NCBI GenBank assembly: GCA_003141835.1 | Contig: PLNR01000005.1 | Coordinates: forward strand, 126,289-190,288 | Direction of reading: 5' to 3' | DNA from: Candidatus Omnitrophota bacterium | GTDB taxonomy: Bacteria > Omnitrophota > Gorgyraeia > Pluralincolimonadales > Pluralincolimonadaceae | DNA: 64,000 nt | Shown: piece after piece, positions 60,231 to 64,000 of the stretch | Layout of the letters: every line of letters starts with the position of its first letter | How positions within the stretch are numbered: position 1 is the first letter of the stretch | Notes under the pieces: model-generated | Databases searched by the model: none | Told to the model about the DNA's origin: nothing | The model's input: the letters and a program-made list of their open reading frames with translations, nothing else | Made by a program: the position numbers and the translations under genes

Positions 60231-61750
60231 TAATATTCGACACGACGTTGCGCGACGGCGAGCAATGCCCCGGCGCGTCCCTCGAGGCTCATGAGAAGCT
60301 CGAGGTAGCCAGGCAACTCGTGCGCCTTAACGTGGACGTGATAGAGGCGGGCTTCCCGATATCCTCGCCCGGCGACTTCGCGGCGGTGAAGTCCATCGCC
60401 CATAAGATAAAAGGCCCCGTTATATGCGGCCTCGCCAGGTGCATGAAGAAGGACATCGAGGCGGCCGGTGAAGCCATCAAGCCCGCGAAGAAGAAACGCA
60501 TACACATATTCCTGGCGACATCGAAGATACACATGAAGTATAAGTTGCGCAAGGCCGAGGACGAGATAGTGAAACTCGCCGTGGAAGGCGTGAAGTACGC
60601 CCGCAATTATACGGATGATGTCGAATTCTCGCCGGAAGACGCCTCGAGGAGCGAGAAGGAGTTCCTCTACCGCGTGATCGAGCAGGTGATAATCGCCGGC
60701 GCGACCACGATAAACGTCCCCGACACTGTCGGCTACGCTATACCCGAGGAGTTCGGCGGCTTGATACGCGACATAAAGAACCATGTGCCGAACATAGGCA
60801 GGGCGGTGATAAGCGTCCATTGCCATAACGACCTCGGCCTCGGAACGGCGAATTCCATTGCCGCTATAAAGAGCGGCGCCAGGCAGATAGAGTGCACGAT
60901 AAACGGAATAGGCGAACGCGCCGGCAACGCCTCCCTTGAAGAGGTCGTCATGGCCGTAAAGACCAGGAGCGATTTCTTCAGTAATTTCTCCACCGGCATA
61001 GTTACCGAGGAGATCTACAAGGCGAGCAGGCTCGTCTCGAAATTGACCGGCATCATGGTCCAGCCGAACAAGGCGATAGTCGGCCAGAATGCGTTCGCGC
61101 ATGAGTCGGGCATACACCAGGACGGCATATTAAAGAAACGCACGACATACGAGATAATGAGCCCGCAGGAGATAGGTTTGAGCGCTTCCAGCCTTGTCTT
61201 GGGCAAGCATTCGGGCCGCCACGCTTTTGCCGAGAAGATGAAGAAGCTTGGCTACACGATGGGCGACGCCGAGATAGAGAAGGCGTTCGAGCGTTTCAAG
61301 GCGTTGTCAGACAAGAAAAAGTTCATCTACGACGAGGACCTTGAAACGTTAATGGAGGACGGTACCGGAGGGTTTAGCGAGACGTGGAAGATGGTCTCGT
61401 TCCGCACGACCGCGGGAACGGATATCGCCCCGGTCGCCGAGGTAAAGCTCCGCTCGAAGGCCGGCGTAAAGACAGCCGAAGCCGGGGGCGACGGCCCTGT
61501 CGACGCGTGCTGCAAGGCGATCGACAAGATAACCAAGACCAAGGGCGAGATGATGGACTATTCCATAAAGGCGGTCACAAAGGGCAAGGACGCGTTGGGC
61601 GAGGTCACGGTGCGCGTGCGCTCGAAAGATAAGGAGGCGATAGGGAAATCGGCTTCCACGGACGTGATCGAGGCGAGCGCGAAGGCGTACCTCAACGCGG
61701 TGAACAAATTGTTACACAAGGAAAATAAGAGATTGAAAATTGAGATCTAA
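60218..61750 (+). CDS. leuA: 2-isopropylmalate synthase
   Basis: [30 protein letters not shown]; true start ATG 60218. Confidence 0.96.
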   Translation: MDKIIIFDTTLRDGEQCPGASLEAHEKLEVARQLVRLNVDVIEAGFPISSPGDFAAVKSIAHKIKGPVICGLARCMKKDIEAAGEAIKPAKKKRIHIFLATSKIHMKYKLRKAEDEIVKLAVEGVKYARNYTDDVEFSPEDASRSEKEFLYRVIEQVIIAGATTINVPDTVGYAIPEEFGGLIRDIKNHVPNIGRAVISVHCHNDLGLGTANSIAAIKSGARQIECTINGIGERAGNASLEEVVMAVKTRSDFFSNFSTGIVTEEIYKASRLVSKLTGIMVQPNKAIVGQNAFAHESGIHQDGILKKRTTYEIMSPQEIGLSASSLVLGKHSGRHAFAEKMKKLGYTMGDAEIEKAFERFKALSDKKKFIYDEDLETLMEDGTGGFSETWKMVSFRTTAGTDIAPVAEVKLRSKAGVKTAEAGGDGPVDACCKAIDKITKTKGEMMDYSIKAVTKGKDALGEVTVRVRSKDKEAIGKSASTDVIEASAKAYLNAVNKLLHKENKRLKIEI

Positions 61751-62609
61751 AAAAAGCGGAAGGACCGAAGTATTCGGGATAATCGGGTTCCCGGTCAAGC
61801 ACACATTATCGCCGCATTTTCAAAATGCGGCATTCGCTTCTCTGGGGATGGATGCCGTATACATACCGTTCGAGGTCCCGCCGGAAAAACTGAAGCCGGC
61901 GTTCGCCAGCATAAAGGCGCTGGGATTATCCGGGATCAATGTGACGATCCCGCATAAACAGGCGGTCTTGCCGCTGGTAGATGCGCTTTCGCCGGAGGTA
62001 AAAGGTATCGGCGCCGCGAACACTATTGTCTTCAGGGGCGGAAGATCCAAGGCCTACAACACCGACGGCGAGGGGTTCATCCGTTCGCTCAAAAGCGACC
62101 TGAAGGTAAACCCTAAAGGCAGGTCGGTTTTGTTGTTCGGCTGCGGCGGGGCTGCGAAGGCGATCGCGTTCGTCCTGGCCAGGGAGGGCGCAAAAAATAT
62201 CACTTTTGTCGACCAGGTTGAGAAGAGGGCGAAGGAGCTGGCCGCCAAGACGAAAAAAGATTTCCCGCGCTGCGGGACTACATATATCCCGTTCTCGGGT
62301 CCGCGGATAAAAGAAGAGGTCCTGGATTCGGACCTGCTCGTAAACGCGAGCCCGGTCGGGATGCATAAAGGCGACCCGTGTATCGTGGATCCGACAGCGC
62401 TGCATAAAGGCCTGGCGGTTTACGATATTGTATATAATCCTCCGGCGACGCCCCTGCTGAAAGAGGCGAAGAAAAGGGGGATCAAGGCGGCGAACGGATT
62501 GGGCATGCTTTTGTACCAGGGAGCGCTCTCGTTCGAATTTTTCACCGGGAAGAAGGCGCCCGTACCGGTGATGCGCGCGGCGCTCAAGAAAGCCGTAAAA
62601 AAATGCTGA
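61740..62609 (+). CDS. aroE: Shikimate dehydrogenase
   Basis: HTLSP, NVTIPHK, NTDG, GCGGAA, GLGML. Confidence 0.95.
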   Translation: MRSKKSGRTEVFGIIGFPVKHTLSPHFQNAAFASLGMDAVYIPFEVPPEKLKPAFASIKALGLSGINVTIPHKQAVLPLVDALSPEVKGIGAANTIVFRGGRSKAYNTDGEGFIRSLKSDLKVNPKGRSVLLFGCGGAAKAIAFVLAREGAKNITFVDQVEKRAKELAAKTKKDFPRCGTTYIPFSGPRIKEEVLDSDLLVNASPVGMHKGDPCIVDPTALHKGLAVYDIVYNPPATPLLKEAKKRGIKAANGLGMLLYQGALSFEFFTGKKAPVPVMRAALKKAVKKC

Positions 62610-63382
62610 ACGCCATAATATACGTTTTTGTTTTTTTCTTCGGCGCGGTCGTAGGCAGTTTTTTGAATGTCTGCATATACAGGCTGCCGCGGGGGGAATC
62701 GATAGTATTCCCCGGGTCGCACTGCCCGGGATGCCGGAGGCCGATACCGTGGTATTTGAATATCCCGTTCGCGAGCTATCTTGCGCTCCGCGGCAGGTGC
62801 GCCTATTGCAAGGCGAAGATCTCTTTCAGGTATTTCGCGGTAGAAGGGTTGACCGCGCTGATGTTTATCGCCGTCTACTGGCGGTTCAAGACGACCCCGG
62901 ATTTCGTGATATATACGGCGCTTTTTTCGGCGCTGATAGTAGTATCGTTCATAGATATCGAGCATTGGATAATACCGGATGAGGTGACGATCCCGGGGGC
63001 GGTGATAGGGCTGCTGGTCAGCGCGGCATACCCCAGGTTCCAGGGCGAGGCCTTAAGGCTTTGGGCCCTGGGCGATTCGCTATTCGGGATGGTCTTCGGT
63101 TTCGTTTCGCTCTACCTTATAGGCGTGCTCGGGAAGATAGCTTACAAGAAAGAGGCGATGGGTGGAGGCGACCTGATGCTGTTCATGTTCATCGGCGCTT
63201 TCCTGGGATGGAAGCTAACGGTTGCGGCTTTCTTCCTTGCGCCTGTGTTCGGCTCGCTCGTAGGCGTACCGAAATTATTGATGAAAAAACAGGACACGAT
63301 ACAATACGGCCCGTTCCTTGTCCTTGCGGCTTTTGTGTGCGTCATGTTCAAGGAAGACATACTTTTATATTTCCCCATATAG
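62603..63382 (+). CDS. pilD: Type IV prepilin peptidase
   Basis: GSFLNVCIYRLP, two CxxC, MGGGD, YGPFL. Confidence 0.92.
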   Translation: MLNAIIYVFVFFFGAVVGSFLNVCIYRLPRGESIVFPGSHCPGCRRPIPWYLNIPFASYLALRGRCAYCKAKISFRYFAVEGLTALMFIAVYWRFKTTPDFVIYTALFSALIVVSFIDIEHWIIPDEVTIPGAVIGLLVSAAYPRFQGEALRLWALGDSLFGMVFGFVSLYLIGVLGKIAYKKEAMGGGDLMLFMFIGAFLGWKLTVAAFFLAPVFGSLVGVPKLLMKKQDTIQYGPFLVLAAFVCVMFKEDILLYFPI

Positions 63383-63393
63383 GAGGGTAGGAG

Positions 63394-64000
63394 ATGCTAA
63401 GATATTTGACCGCGGGTGAATCTCACGGAAAAGTTTTATTGGGCATCCTCGAGGGCATGCCGGCCGGCCTCAAGGTCGAGAAGGGCCAGATAAACATCGA
63501 GCTTAAACGCAGGCAGTCCGGTTTCGGGCGCGGGGCCAGGATGGCCATAGAGACGGATACCGTCCAGATACTCGGCGGGCTGCGCAAAGGCGTGACCATA
63601 GGCAGCCCTATCGCTTTACTGGTAGAGAACAAGGATGCCTCGATAGATTCCCTTCCGCCTATCACAAGGCCGCGGCCCGGGCATGCCGACCTGGCAGGAG
63701 CGATAAAGTATGACAGGCAGGATATCCGCGACATATTAGAGAGGGCGAGCGCGCGCGAGACCGCGATGCGCGTCGCCGTAGGCTCTGTTTGCAAGATGCT
63801 TTTGGAAGAGTTCGGCATAAGGATAGCCAGCCATGTCATCGAGATAGGCGGCGCCGCAAACCAGAAGGAGATGCTGAAGAAAGTCGAGGAGTGCACGAAG
63901 ACCGGCGATACCATCGGCGGGGTCTGCGAGATAACGGCCGCAGGCGTGCCTATCGGCCTGGGCAGCCATGTACAGTCTGACAGGCGGCTCGACGCGAAGA
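63394..64000 (+). CDS. aroC: Chorismate synthase (3' truncated by window edge)
   Basis: [27 protein letters not shown]; absent from the ORF track because no stop falls in the window. Confidence 0.95.
   Translation, partial: MLRYLTAGESHGKVLLGILEGMPAGLKVEKGQINIELKRRQSGFGRGARMAIETDTVQILGGLRKGVTIGSPIALLVENKDASIDSLPPITRPRPGHADLAGAIKYDRQDIRDILERASARETAMRVAVGSVCKMLLEEFGIRIASHVIEIGGAANQKEMLKKVEECTKTGDTIGGVCEITAAGVPIGLGSHVQSDRRLDAK

Overview
Chromosomal window from a GC-rich diderm bacterium. Gene content and order suggest the PVC superphylum, possibly Ca. Omnitrophota (inference only). About 53 kb is tightly packed, almost entirely + strand housekeeping DNA: comEC, bamD/lptE/holA, rpsT, murJ, uvrC, prfB (programmed frameshift), secA, lnt, lysS, lolCD, ilvE, mcsA-mcsB-clpC, an AsmA-like gene plus mlaEFD, yacL-ispD-ispF-cysE-cysS, tmk-holB-ricT-metG-tatD/rSAM, mtnA-thiL-tsaE-tsaB-alr, ilvDBNC-leuA-aroE-pilD-aroC. 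Between alr and ilvD (about 45.1-55.3 kb) sits a sedentary integron with an intact-looking long IntI, divergent promoters, an attI and an AT-richer cassette array. The array carries two HEPN-motif genes (one frameshifted), a PaeR7I/XhoI-family restriction-modification cassette, a BrnTA toxin-antitoxin pair and several secreted or membrane unknowns. The three proximal cassettes have complete attC sites. Distal attCs are mostly reduced to half-sites, and REP/RAYT-like GGGG(A/T)C motifs lie at two of the break points. Short palindromic micro-elements also occur inside or at the ends of core genes (uvrC/MGMT, clpC, metG, tsaB). No rRNA, tRNA or CRISPR array was recognised.
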